Of a stretch of 33,002 nucleotides of DNA, positions 1 through 9,848 are shown one piece after another (position 1 is the first letter of the stretch; the number at the start of each line of letters is the position of its first letter). The notes beneath the pieces are model-generated. The model searched no databases and was not told the DNA's origin. It saw only the letters and a program-made list of their open reading frames with translations. Source of the DNA: Bacillota bacterium (lineage in GTDB: Bacteria; Bacillota; Clostridia; Christensenellales; DTU072); the NCBI GenBank assembly GCA_044426075.1, contig JAWXUT010000003.1:1-33002 (forward strand), given 5' to 3'. Both the position numbers and the translations under genes were made by a program.

Positions 1-2
1 GT

Positions 3-3000
3 GGTTGTAATGGTTAAATATTTGGAATATTGCCCCCAATTATCGGATTGTCTGAAGGTGTCGATTTTTGACATACTTACATAAATACATAGGTTTCCGC
101 CACCCACAAAAACAATAGGTTGCCCCTCACAAACGGTGTCAGACGACGTTAAATATAGCGTTAAGTTTCCGCTACCCACGCTGAATGCGTTTTCACCCAC
201 GGTGCCCAATCTGCTAAATGTAATAGATGAAAGGTTATCTGTGCCATAAAAAGCATATTTGCCCACATCTATCACTTGCTTCACCTCAACTGTTGTTAGG
301 CTTTTAGCGCAATAAAATGCGTATTCGCCCACCGTAATAAGCGTTACATTTGAAGTTATAATTTCTTTTATAGTAGAATTATAGAATGCATATGAACCAA
401 TTTTTTCGATTCCACTTTTAATAGTATAAGTTGTGTATATTGAAGCAACGGGATATGCAAATAAAGAGCTGTCGCTAGCATCATAAACCACGCCATAATT
501 GTCAGTTGAATATGTGCCACTTGTGCCATAAATATAATATGCAGTTATGTTTTGATTGTTGTAAATTGATGTGGATTCCATATATGTTATGCCCGTTAAA
601 TCTAGCCAAGTAAGCGCGCTCATATTTGCCAGTGCATAGCCGTCTAACTCGCGCAAATTGCTTATATAAACTGCGGTTATTATATCGCGCTCACCCTCAA
701 AAACTGCGTGGTCAAGATAAGTAACTGCCCTACCATTAAAGTACTCCGGAATAACTATTACGCCACCACCGCCATTATAATCAAACAAGCCGGTACTGCC
801 GTCTTCACGCACATAATATGTGTAATTGTTGCTATAGCTGAGCCCATTTTTAATCACTTGATACCACTCGCTGGCGCTGTCACGTTCGCTACTAATTACA
901 ATTAGCTGACCCACAACGTCAATTGTATATTCGCTATATTTGCCATATGAATAGAACAATGATGCTATTGCATTTATTGCTTCTGTATCTGTACAAGAAA
1001 TAGCTATTAGCTTTTTAATACCTTCTATCTCTACATATTCATCAACATATTTTGCATAATTTGCAGCCCCTACTTCACTAAGCATTGCTGTTATATCAGT
1101 CATATAACTAGAGTAACCTATAGTGTAGCCGATGTTATTCAATAGATAAATATTGTCATCAAAAACAGCACGTAAATCGACTTCGTCGCCCGCATAAGAT
1201 ACCACAACACCTATTTCAATAGCGCAGTTTGGCATACTAAACACTTCAGATATGGATACCGTTTCTCCAGTTTCTGCACTTATATAATATAAATCATTTA
1301 ACACATAGCCGTCTTCTAATTCAAGCACAACCTCAACACTAGCAGTGCCGTATGCAGTACTTGCAACAGATATTGTGCAGTTATCGTTTTCTATAACAGT
1401 AATCTTATAACTGCTAGTATAAGATATTGGTGTCCAGAAAGCTGCATCTACTGCTAAATCACTCTTGCCCATTGTGTATGTGTATGTTGACCTTGTTGTG
1501 GCAGCGTTTATAACTATTTTTCCGTTAATTGTAAGTGTTGTTAAATAGTATCCGCTAGTAGGTATTATTGTAAATGTTACCTCTTCACCATAACTTGCTA
1601 CCTCTTTATCGGCAACAACCACACCATTTGAACTTTCTGCAATAGTTATGCCATACACCACTTCAACGGTGTACATTATAGTGACGTTTTCACTTGGCAT
1701 AACAAAGCCATAAGTTATATCCAATCCGTTTGCGGTTATTGATGTAATGCGATAACCCTCGTCTGCAACGGCTGTTATACTTACATACTCACCGCTATCA
1801 GCACTGGTTGCGCTCAATATTATTGCAGCACCCGCTGTGTTTTGCGTGCTTATTGTATACGAACCACTGCTTGCGTCTTCTGCAAATTCAGCTGTTAAAT
1901 ACATATCGCTTGTAACTAATATATAGCTTCCAAGTTCAACTTGAGCACCGTTTGCTTGCAATGAACCTTCGATATAAGTGTATCCGTCATAAGCCGTTAT
2001 CCACACGTATATGTAACTATTTTCTTCTGCTTTAGTGTAATCTACATCAATATATCCGCCGCCATATGTTTCCACCTCAATGTCATAAACGCGCACAAAT
2101 ATTGCTGTAATTTCACAATCATAATTAGGCATTACAAAACTATTTGCAGCTGAAACAACACTGCCGTTTATCATAAATCCTTTAAAAATATAATCGGATT
2201 CGGTGGTTATACCTAGTTCAACTACACTGCCCGCCGCCACACTTTCATACAATGTGGTTACGCTTCCGCCCTCTGCATCTATTATATCAATATTATAAAT
2301 ATCGCTGTCATCTATTGCTACAAATCTAACTTCAATTGTAGTTTCTTCTGTATATGCAATTATTAAATCACTCACTTCGAATCCGTTTACAACCACGCTT
2401 TCAAGCATATATCCGCTATCCGCCACAATATCAAGCACTATGTACTCACCAAGCGCGTAATAGTTTTTGCTTGGCGTTACGCTGCCCTCGCCGTCAACTT
2501 CAATGTTAACCGAACAAACCTCTTCTTCATAATCAATTTTACTAAATTCGCACATTATGTATAAATCATTGCTTCCCATAGTAAATGTATTATTTGCAAT
2601 TGTAACTGTTGCATCTAATGTGCTGATACTGCTTAGATAATATCCCACTTCGGGCTGAACAGAAATTGTTATTTCGTCCCCCATATTCGCGGTTGTTGTA
2701 GAACAAATTATGGTGCCATTATCGCTATCCATTACTATAATTTCGCATTCTGAGAGTTCAACCTCCGCAGTAACCACAACTGCTTCCGCTGGCATCAAAA
2801 ATGAAGTGCCCTCAATATATACGCCGTTTACTGCAATACTGCCCTCAACCAACTGATATCCCGCATCTGCATAAGTATAAACGCGGATTGTCTCATTAAA
2901 ACTCGCTTCACTCACGCTTACTTTAATATATCCGTTATCGCACTCACCCGCAGTAAGTGTATGTGAACAAAGCATACTATCTATCCAACCCGCATATAAT

Positions 3001-3284
3001 GTGAGGTCTTTGCTGGCAGAAAACAAATATGCGCGCACTGTTTGCGTACATTCAGCATCATAATACCACCCCAAAAAATCATAACCCGCTTTGGTTGGGT
3101 CTGTAGGCAGAGTCAAGCCGTCGCCCACATTAAGTACTGTTGAGGCTACTTCGCTTCCGCCATTGCTGTCAAAAGTTATCGTACACGTTTCACTTGTTGA
3201 ACTTGTATCCGTCCCGCAAGCAAGCAGTGTGCAACTTAAACACAACACTAATATTAAAATTAAAATAAAAGATAGCTTTCTCAT
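3..3284 (-). CDS. Large surface lipoprotein: InlB B-repeat / divergent bacterial repeat domains followed by BspA-type leucine-rich repeats; partial, stop codon just outside the window
   Basis: Manual translation from ATG 3284: MRKLSFILILILVLCLSCTLLAC (lipobox LLAC), then TITFDSNGGS...PTDPTKAGYDFLGWY (InlB B-repeat). The same frame at the left edge reads CIYVSMSKIDTFRQSDNWGQYSKYLTITT, typical of a BspA LRR C-terminal cap. No stop-terminated minus-strand ORF is listed here, consistent with an open frame to the edge. Confidence 0.85.
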   Translation of the reverse strand, partial: MRKLSFILILILVLCLSCTLLACGTDTSSTSETCTITFDSNGGSEVASTVLNVGDGLTLPTDPTKAGYDFLGWYYDAECTQTVRAYLFSASKDLTLYAGWIDSMLCSHTLTAGECDNGYIKVSVSEASFNETIRVYTYADAGYQLVEGSIAVNGVYIEGTSFLMPAEAVVVTAEVELSECEIIVMDSDNGTIICSTTTANMGDEITISVQPEVGYYLSSISTLDATVTIANNTFTMGSNDLYIMCEFSKIDYEEEVCSVNIEVDGEGSVTPSKNYYALGEYIVLDIVADSGYMLESVVVNGFEVSDLIIAYTEETTIEVRFVAIDDSDIYNIDIIDAEGGSVTTLYESVAAGSVVELGITTESDYIFKGFMINGSVVSAANSFVMPNYDCEITAIFVRVYDIEVETYGGGYIDVDYTKAEENSYIYVWITAYDGYTYIEGSLQANGAQVELGSYILVTSDMYLTAEFAEDASSGSYTISTQNTAGAAIILSATSADSGEYVSITAVADEGYRITSITANGLDITYGFVMPSENVTIMYTVEVVYGITIAESSNGVVVADKEVASYGEEVTFTIIPTSGYYLTTLTINGKIVINAATTRSTYTYTMGKSDLAVDAAFWTPISYTSSYKITVIENDNCTISVASTAYGTASVEVVLELEDGYVLNDLYYISAETGETVSISEVFSMPNCAIEIGVVVSYAGDEVDLRAVFDDNIYLLNNIGYTIGYSSYMTDITAMLSEVGAANYAKYVDEYVEIEGIKKLIAISCTDTEAINAIASLFYSYGKYSEYTIDVVGQLIVISSERDSASEWYQVIKNGLSYSNNYTYYVREDGSTGLFDYNGGGGVIVIPEYFNGRAVTYLDHAVFEGERDIITAVYISNLRELDGYALANMSALTWLDLTGITYMESTSIYNNQNITAYYIYGTSGTYSTDNYGVVYDASDSSLFAYPVASIYTTYTIKSGIEKIGSYAFYNSTIKEIITSNVTLITVGEYAFYCAKSLTTVEVKQVIDVGKYAFYGTDNLSSITFSRLGTVGENAFSVGSGNLTLYLTSSDTVCEGQPIVFVGGGNLCIYVSMSKIDTFRQSDNWGQYSKYLTITT

Positions 3285-3290
3285 ATCCTC

Positions 3291-3318
3291 ATTATAACAG
3301 ATTATACTACTATGTCAA
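3291..3318 (-). promoter_or_regulatory. Sigma-A promoter, probably leaderless, for the lipoprotein gene
   Basis: TTGACA-16 bp-TATAAT with extended TG; the ATG begins 6 nt after the -10 box. Confidence 0.75.
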
Positions 3319-3455
3319 GTGAAATTTGTTCCGCAATGTTGTTGAGAATATATTTCTTACTGCTAAATAATGCCATATTTACACACTTGCATATATTATT
3401 GTTAGACTACTAGTTTAATATGCACTCTTTTGCATATGTTTGCATAATTTTCTCT

Positions 3456-3492
3456 AAAAAAAAGGACTATAAAGATTTTTCTTTACAGCCCC
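3456..3492 (-). terminator. Intrinsic terminator ending the frr-ispG-polC-like operon
   Basis: Minus strand GGGGCTGTAAAG-AAAAAT-CTTTATAGTCCT followed by a T run, 8 nt after the stop at 3500. Confidence 0.8.
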
Positions 3493-3499
3493 ATTTAAA

Positions 3500-5053
3500 T
3501 TAAGCAAGGTCTTGCATCGCACACAAATTTTTGTACACCCTTGCGGTTGCCACGGCATCGAACACCGCCCTATGCGCATTGGTAAGTTCAACATCAAACA
3601 TCTTGCACAAGTTGCCGAGTTTATAACTTTTGATTCGCACCTTTTTACGCGCAAGATCTAGCGTGTCTACAACTTTATTGTTGAATTCATACTTGCATTT
3701 TTTGCCCGCAATAACTAAAAATCCCATATCGAAACTGGCATTATGCGCCACAAGCACAGCATCTTTGCTGAATTTATAGAAATCTGCTATTACATCACCA
3801 AGTTCGGGGGCGTCAACCACATCTTCGTCATATATATGATTAACAGCACTTGCGCCCGCGGGAATTGGTTTGTTGGGTTTTACTAGCGAACCAAACTGCT
3901 CCACTATAACTCCGTCTACAATTTTACAAGCTCCAATTTCAATTATCACTTCTGTAGTTGGACTGAAACCCGTTGTTTCTAAATCAAACACAACATGCAC
4001 GCCCGATAATGCTTCAATTTTTTCTTCCACATCAAAAAGCCCCGCTTGCTCAGTATTTTCACAGTGCTCCGGCCTTACCGCAATGTAGTCATCATATACA
4101 AAATTGCATTCTTCATCTGACTCTTCTTCTACTAAGTTTTGATTTATAGTGCATAGCGCTGCCCTAAACATAGTCATACAATTTTTGCCGTTATATGCAT
4201 CCATTCTAATAGGGCCTTCAGCAACTAGCTCAACACCGTCTGCAACTTTGTCGGCAAACTTTGTAACTTGGCTATCAAATTTAGGGAAAAATTTTACATC
4301 TATCACACCATTTGTATCATTTAATTTGAATACGAAAAATGTTTTACCCGTGTTTTTAGACTCTATTCTGCGCAATCCAAGCACCTTGCCACACACCGTT
4401 TCTGATGCGCTTTCGGAATTAATTACATCTGTAATGTAGCGTGGAATTTTTGTTATTGAACCCACCAACATACCGTCGTCAACTAGGCTAATATCCATTG
4501 TGTGCGACTTTTGTGCAATTTCTTTTCGCGTGGGTTTTTTCTTTGTGAGCACGGCAATTTCATCATCTTCAGTTTCGTGTAGAAAGGTTACAGTTGCAGC
4601 TTCCATTACCTTTTTTTCTAAATATTCTTCCAATTTCTCTTGAATATTGTTGGTTTGCATAAAAGATAACAAGTATGCTGGCAGCTTCATTGTGAGCGCT
4701 ATTGTGTCATACTCAATTTCAGTTTCAACCGTTCTGTCGCTTATTTTTGGGAACACTAGTGGGAGTTCTTTTAAGAAAAATTCCATAACACATCTTGTAA
4801 TATATGTGTTGTCGCTAACGGTTTTTCTGTATGTAATTTTCACACTGAAGGTTTTTGGCACTAGTTCGCCAATAAACGCGTCAACTTTGTTTCTGAACTC
4901 CTCATTAAGCATACTATCATAGTCGGAGGCTTTTACTAACAATATTATCTCTAATCTGTTTTGCACAACTATTGCTTCCGACAACTTAAAAATGCGCTCC
5001 CGTTCAGAAAGCTTTTTATTAAATTCAAACATAAATAAACTTATGCCGTCCAT
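3500..5053 (-). CDS. PolC-derived 3'-5' exonuclease (PolC-like N-terminal domain + OB fold + DEDDh exonuclease; no PHP or polymerase domain)
   Basis: ExoI VFDLETTG, ExoII AHNASFD, ExoIII HRAVFDA; OB-like segment VCGKVLGLRRIESKNTGKTFFVFKLNDTNGVIDVKFF; usual polC position after ispG; only 517 aa. Confidence 0.8.
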   Translation of the reverse strand: MDGISLFMFEFNKKLSERERIFKLSEAIVVQNRLEIILLVKASDYDSMLNEEFRNKVDAFIGELVPKTFSVKITYRKTVSDNTYITRCVMEFFLKELPLVFPKISDRTVETEIEYDTIALTMKLPAYLLSFMQTNNIQEKLEEYLEKKVMEAATVTFLHETEDDEIAVLTKKKPTRKEIAQKSHTMDISLVDDGMLVGSITKIPRYITDVINSESASETVCGKVLGLRRIESKNTGKTFFVFKLNDTNGVIDVKFFPKFDSQVTKFADKVADGVELVAEGPIRMDAYNGKNCMTMFRAALCTINQNLVEEESDEECNFVYDDYIAVRPEHCENTEQAGLFDVEEKIEALSGVHVVFDLETTGFSPTTEVIIEIGACKIVDGVIVEQFGSLVKPNKPIPAGASAVNHIYDEDVVDAPELGDVIADFYKFSKDAVLVAHNASFDMGFLVIAGKKCKYEFNNKVVDTLDLARKKVRIKSYKLGNLCKMFDVELTNAHRAVFDAVATARVYKNLCAMQDLA

Positions 5054-6069
5054 TAGTATTCCTCCACCATTTTCATAAGTTCAGAAATTATATCTGCGTT
5101 ATTTACAGTTTTAACTGCGTTGCCGTCTTTGAACAATATTGATTTCCCTTTGCCACCGCAAACCCCAATATGCGCGCCCTTAGACTCGCCAATTCCATTT
5201 ACCGCACACCCCATAACTGCCACTTTAAGTTGCTTTTTTAGTCCCGCTGTAGCTAACTCCACCTTTGAAGCATATTCTTCCACATTTATAACCGTTCGTG
5301 CACAAGTTGGACAAGCTATAACCTCAACAAAATCTTTGTCTTGCCCCACTGCACGCAAAATTTGTCTGCCTAAAACAACCTCTTGATAGGGGTCGCCAGA
5401 CAATGAAATGCGCATTGTGTCCCCAATTCCTTCAGCAAGCAACGCGCCCATTGCAACCGCCGATTTAACCGCACCATATTTTATTGTGCCCGACTCCGTG
5501 AGCCCGATATGTAAAGGATACTGTGAAATTTTATCAAGTGCCCTATACGCCTCAATTGTCTTACTTACATCGCTAGACTTAACCGCAAGTACAATGTCGG
5601 TGAAGCCCTCATCTTCAAGTAGCTTTGCGCTGTCTAAACACTTTAGCGCAAGCTCTTCTGCAGTCACTTCGCGCTTTTTAAAAGAACCTTGATTTACACC
5701 AACCCTTATTGGCACGCTACACGCTTTTGCCATTCTTGCAACTTCTCTTATACCCTCTTTTTGTAGGTTGCTAGGGTTAAGCCTTATCTTACTTGCACCC
5801 GCTTCAATTGCGGCAAGCGCTATCTTATAGTCATAATGAATATCTGCAACTATAGGTACATTAGTTTCTGCGATAATAAGCTTTAGGGCTTCTGCACTAG
5901 CAAAATCGGGTACCGAAACACGCACAATATCAGCACCAAGCGATGCGGATTTGTTTATCTGTTCAACAGTCATTTTGATATCAGTTGTAAGAGTATTTGT
6001 CATAGTTTGCACACTAATCGGTGCACCACCACCTATACAAATATCTTTTACATAAACACACTTTTTCAT
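5053..6069 (-). CDS. ispG: HMBPP synthase (flavodoxin/ferredoxin-dependent)
   Basis: IGGGAPISVQTMTNT, PIVADIHYDY, PLHIGLTE, GIGDTMRISL, CPTCAR and AVMGCAVNG. Start moved to ATG 6069 (MKKCVYV) to avoid overlap with rseP. Confidence 0.96.
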   Translation of the reverse strand: MKKCVYVKDICIGGGAPISVQTMTNTLTTDIKMTVEQINKSASLGADIVRVSVPDFASAEALKLIIAETNVPIVADIHYDYKIALAAIEAGASKIRLNPSNLQKEGIREVARMAKACSVPIRVGVNQGSFKKREVTAEELALKCLDSAKLLEDEGFTDIVLAVKSSDVSKTIEAYRALDKISQYPLHIGLTESGTIKYGAVKSAVAMGALLAEGIGDTMRISLSGDPYQEVVLGRQILRAVGQDKDFVEVIACPTCARTVINVEEYASKVELATAGLKKQLKVAVMGCAVNGIGESKGAHIGVCGGKGKSILFKDGNAVKTVNNADIISELMKMVEEY

Positions 6070-6082
6070 TAGTAACTCCTTG

Positions 6083-7192
6083 TCACAGCAAGAACAGTTG
6101 GAATATATCTGCCAATATTGCAAAGGCAAATATAGCCAAGAATCCTACAGTATGAATAATGCCCTCAACCTTTTTGGGGACTGGTTTTTTAAAAATCATT
6201 TCAATCAAGCAGAACACCATGCGTGAGCCGTCTAGCGCGGGCAAAGGCAATAGGTTCATAACAGCAAGGTTAGCCGAAACCAAACACACAACATAAGCAA
6301 GCATTGCAGAACCGCCCCTTGACGCATCTGCTATAGCTGTAATTGTGGTAATTGGGCCACCCGCACTTTCCATACCAAGTTGGCCGGTTATTAGCATTCC
6401 GAGTATGGCAATTATCTTGTACACCAAGAAGAACATATATGAAAAACTTCTGCCAAGTGCGGTAAAAAAGCTAAGTTGTGTTGTTACAACAGTTGATGCA
6501 AAACCATAACCATAATATGTTGCAATGCTTCCGTCATCGTTATATTCATAAACCCACACACCGTCATCGTCATAAGCACCAAGCTGATATTCCGATTTTG
6601 TGAGTGTAAGTGTTACTTTTTCGCCGTCACGAAGCACTTGTACAACCGCGGTATCGTTATCTTCTGCAAAGATTCCCGTTGCGTCGCTTGCTTCTAATAT
6701 ATTAATTTGTTTGCCGTCTACCTTTAAAATTGCGTCTCCCGCTTGCAGCAACTCTACATTTGCGCTGTCGCTATATGTTGAAGCCACGCTTAGTGTTATT
6801 TGGCCGCTAAATGTAAATACAAATGTTATTATTATCCACGCCGATATTAAGTTGAAAAATGCACCAGAAAATAGTACAATTAACCTCTTCCATGCGGGTT
6901 GATTATTGAATGCTGTAGGGCTTTTTGAATTGTCATCTTCGTCTTCAAACTGGCAGTATCCGCCAAGTGGAATTGTTCTTATTGCAAAAATTTCATCGGA
7001 TTTCTTGCTTGTTCTCTTATAAATTGCGGGTCCGAAACCCACTGAAAATTCCAATATTTTGAATCCTAGCAGTTTCCCCGCTAAGTAATGACCACCTTCG
7101 TGTATTACAATCATAAACATAAGCGCAAGTAGTGCCAGCAGAATATAACCCGCTGTTTCCATAACGCTTGCAAATGTTGCCATTAGTACCAT
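6083..7192 (-). CDS. rseP: RIP/site-2 zinc metalloprotease, M50 family
   Basis: HEGGH zinc motif, FSVGFGP, PLGGY, PDZ-like segment, NLLPLPALDG; synteny with dxr and ispG. Confidence 0.93.
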   Translation of the reverse strand: MVLMATFASVMETAGYILLALLALMFMIVIHEGGHYLAGKLLGFKILEFSVGFGPAIYKRTSKKSDEIFAIRTIPLGGYCQFEDEDDNSKSPTAFNNQPAWKRLIVLFSGAFFNLISAWIIITFVFTFSGQITLSVASTYSDSANVELLQAGDAILKVDGKQINILEASDATGIFAEDNDTAVVQVLRDGEKVTLTLTKSEYQLGAYDDDGVWVYEYNDDGSIATYYGYGFASTVVTTQLSFFTALGRSFSYMFFLVYKIIAILGMLITGQLGMESAGGPITTITAIADASRGGSAMLAYVVCLVSANLAVMNLLPLPALDGSRMVFCLIEMIFKKPVPKKVEGIIHTVGFLAIFAFAILADIFQLFLL

Positions 7193-7195
7193 GTA

Positions 7196-8320
7196 CTATT
7201 TACCTCCGTTTTCTATCGCTGTTAAAGTATATTCTCTAACCGCCCTATCAATACTAAAAATGTCATTTAAATCTTTACAATCTGCAAAACTAAATTTATT
7301 TAGCGCCGATTCAATAACATCGCTCACGCCATAAAATGAAATTTTGTCTTGCAAAAACGCTTCAACAGCCACATCATCTGCAGCCACTAGCACTACGCCT
7401 AGTTGCGGTTTAGCAGCCACCTCTAGCCCCAGCTTCAAACAAGGGAACCTATTTAAATCGGGTGCCTCAAAATGCAGTGCGCCCATATCCTTTAGTGATA
7501 ATTTGGGTGTAGCGGAAGCTAAGCTGTTGGGGTATGTTAACGCATACTGAATGGGAAGTCGCATATCTGGCGAACTAAGGCTTGCCTTAAAACTGCCGTC
7601 TCTGCTGCCAACTAATGCGTGCACAATACTCTCTCTATGTATAACCACATCAATATCATTTATACCAAATAAATGGCGTGCCTCAATAATTTCTAGACCC
7701 TTGTTCATAAGAGTTGCGCTATCAATAGTAACTTTCTTGCCCATTTTCCAGGTGGGATGATTAAGCGCCATTTTTGCAGTTGCGCTACACAACTCCTCGC
7801 GCGAGAAATCTCTAAATGCGCCCCCTGATGCCGTTAAAACTAGCGACTCACCCTCACTACTCTCGTCAATACAGCGCCAAAGTGCACTGTGCTCAGAATC
7901 AACTGGGCGGATAAGTTTGTTATGCTTTTTTGCAGTTTCCATTAAAAAACTACCCGCAGAAACAATACTTTCTTTATTTGCTGTGGCTAGTTCGGCTGAA
8001 CTTTGTAGCACTGCGATACTAGGCAATAGTCCCGCAAGACCCCCTATTCCGTTAACTACAACGTCCGATTTCTCATAAAATTCTGGATAATTTAAAATAT
8101 CTGGTGCGCAGTTTGCCTCTGTTCCGTTGCGATAAATAGTATCACCACACACCGCAACATCGGGTAAAAATTCTGCAATTTGCGCCTCTAAAACTGATTT
8201 GCTATTTTTGGCAAGCAACAAACTGACTTCAAATAAGTCGCTGTGCTCGCGTATTACATCAAGGGTTTGCCTACCGATAGAACCACTTGAACCAAGAACG
8301 CCTACCCTAATCTTTGTCAT
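7196..8320 (-). CDS. dxr: 1-deoxy-D-xylulose-5-phosphate reductoisomerase
   Basis: LGSSGSIG, ANKES, PVDSEHSA, LTASGG, HPTWKMGKKVTIDSATLMNKGLEIIEA. Confidence 0.97.
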   Translation of the reverse strand: MTKIRVGVLGSSGSIGRQTLDVIREHSDLFEVSLLLAKNSKSVLEAQIAEFLPDVAVCGDTIYRNGTEANCAPDILNYPEFYEKSDVVVNGIGGLAGLLPSIAVLQSSAELATANKESIVSAGSFLMETAKKHNKLIRPVDSEHSALWRCIDESSEGESLVLTASGGAFRDFSREELCSATAKMALNHPTWKMGKKVTIDSATLMNKGLEIIEARHLFGINDIDVVIHRESIVHALVGSRDGSFKASLSSPDMRLPIQYALTYPNSLASATPKLSLKDMGALHFEAPDLNRFPCLKLGLEVAAKPQLGVVLVAADDVAVEAFLQDKISFYGVSDVIESALNKFSFADCKDLNDIFSIDRAVREYTLTAIENGGK

Positions 8321-9156
8321 GCAACCACTTGTGGCAAGAATGACATAATTGCAACCATAAGTGTCATTGCAAATAAGATACTATCAAGCCTATCCATTAC
8401 GCCACCGTGTGACCTAAATATGTGGCTGAAATCTTTAATATCTAGTGCGCGCTTAATTTTACTTGCGCCAAGATCGCCAATTTCAGAAACAATCGCAATA
8501 AGTACACCAATTATGCTTACTATTAAAATTGGATTAGATAAGTTTGCAAATTGATAATTTATATAAGCTGGGAAGCCTGCAAGTTCAAATATAGCATACA
8601 CTGTAAGTGCACCAGCTGCGCCGCCAACTAACCCAAAAATACAACCAGAATAGGTCTTTTTAGGGCTGATATGAGGGAAAATCTTTGGTCCTTTTAGTAG
8701 TACGCCAAAATAGAATGCAAAAGTATCGCTTCCCATAGCAGCAGCAAGCGCTATTAATATTGGCATCATTCCGTAAGTTAGGTTCAAGTAAACTCCAGTT
8801 GCAAGTAGCAAAATTGGATAAACTATTATAAGTACAGTAATTAAAAAGTCATTTAAAGACATTCCTTTTGTAAAAATATAGTCGCCAAATGCAAACAAAA
8901 AGCTGAGCCCACAAACAATTAGATATCCTTGTGATCCGTAAAAATATAGCATAGGATAAATTGCCAAAATCGTCACAACAAGCGTGAAAATTTTAGGTCT
9001 ATATCCCTTTTTTGTAAATACTGTGAACATTTCATATGATGAAATAATCATAAATAACAATATAAGTGCGTCAAACACATATTGACTAATAGACGTCAGG
9101 GCAATTATTCCTAATAGCAATGCTAGCATCACTAGTCCTGTTATGGTTTTTCTCAT
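8317..9156 (-). CDS. cdsA: Phosphatidate cytidylyltransferase
   Basis: Multi-TM protein with SDTFAF, ISPKKT, GDLGASKIKR..IKDF..HGGVMDRLDS. Confidence 0.94.
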   Translation of the reverse strand: MRKTITGLVMLALLLGIIALTSISQYVFDALILLFMIISSYEMFTVFTKKGYRPKIFTLVVTILAIYPMLYFYGSQGYLIVCGLSFLFAFGDYIFTKGMSLNDFLITVLIIVYPILLLATGVYLNLTYGMMPILIALAAAMGSDTFAFYFGVLLKGPKIFPHISPKKTYSGCIFGLVGGAAGALTVYAIFELAGFPAYINYQFANLSNPILIVSIIGVLIAIVSEIGDLGASKIKRALDIKDFSHIFRSHGGVMDRLDSILFAMTLMVAIMSFLPQVVA

Positions 9157-9848
9157 TTTAATACATCTCCAAATTTTCTAACTATTCCCTTGTATTCATT
9201 TACGACCGATTCTAGATCTTCATAAGACAAATCGGGCCAAAGTTTATCCAAGAAGAATAGCTCAGAATAAACTGTTTGCATAGGCATAAAATTGCTTAGC
9301 CGCCTATGGCCACCGAACCTTACAACTGCATCTGGATTAGGCACCCCTGCTGTGTATAAACACGCCTCAATATCGCTATATAACACCGCCGAATGGTGAT
9401 TTATAAAACCGCGTTTTTCGATTAAGGAATTAAAAGCTCTGGCAAGTTCTTGTTCTCCGCTGTAATTAACGGCAATTATAACTTCTAGCCCTTTGTTGTT
9501 TAATCCCTTGCTGTTTACCTTAGCAATTAGTGCAAGTAAAGTGGGTGGAAGCACAGATAAATCGCCTATAAATGACACTTTATATTGCTTTTCTGTCATT
9601 AATGGAAGCATATACTGCTCCAGAAACTTAGCAATCGCGCCAAATATACCAACAACCTCTGCGGGATCGCGTTTGAAGTTTTCTGCACTAAAAGCGTAAA
9701 GTGACAAATATTTAATGTCAAGCTGGTTAGCATATTCAATTGCTCTAATAACCGCTTTTACGCCCTCTTTATGGCCTTCGGTGCGGGGCAAACCTCTAAG
9801 TTCAGCCCACCTACCATTGCCATCAAGAATTAATGCAAGGTGCTTCAT
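9153..9848 (-). CDS. uppS: Undecaprenyl diphosphate synthase (cis-prenyltransferase)
   Basis: HLALILDGNGRWA, GHKEG, YAFSAENFKR, RLSNF; lies between frr and cdsA. Confidence 0.94.
   Translation of the reverse strand: MKHLALILDGNGRWAELRGLPRTEGHKEGVKAVIRAIEYANQLDIKYLSLYAFSAENFKRDPAEVVGIFGAIAKFLEQYMLPLMTEKQYKVSFIGDLSVLPPTLLALIAKVNSKGLNNKGLEVIIAVNYSGEQELARAFNSLIEKRGFINHHSAVLYSDIEACLYTAGVPNPDAVVRFGGHRRLSNFMPMQTVYSELFFLDKLWPDLSYEDLESVVNEYKGIVRKFGDVLK

Noticed and set aside
3500-5053. polC pseudogene or frameshifted polC
   Set aside because: Open frame with intact catalytic motifs, internal loss of the PHP segment, a terminator directly after the stop and no visible polymerase remnants.
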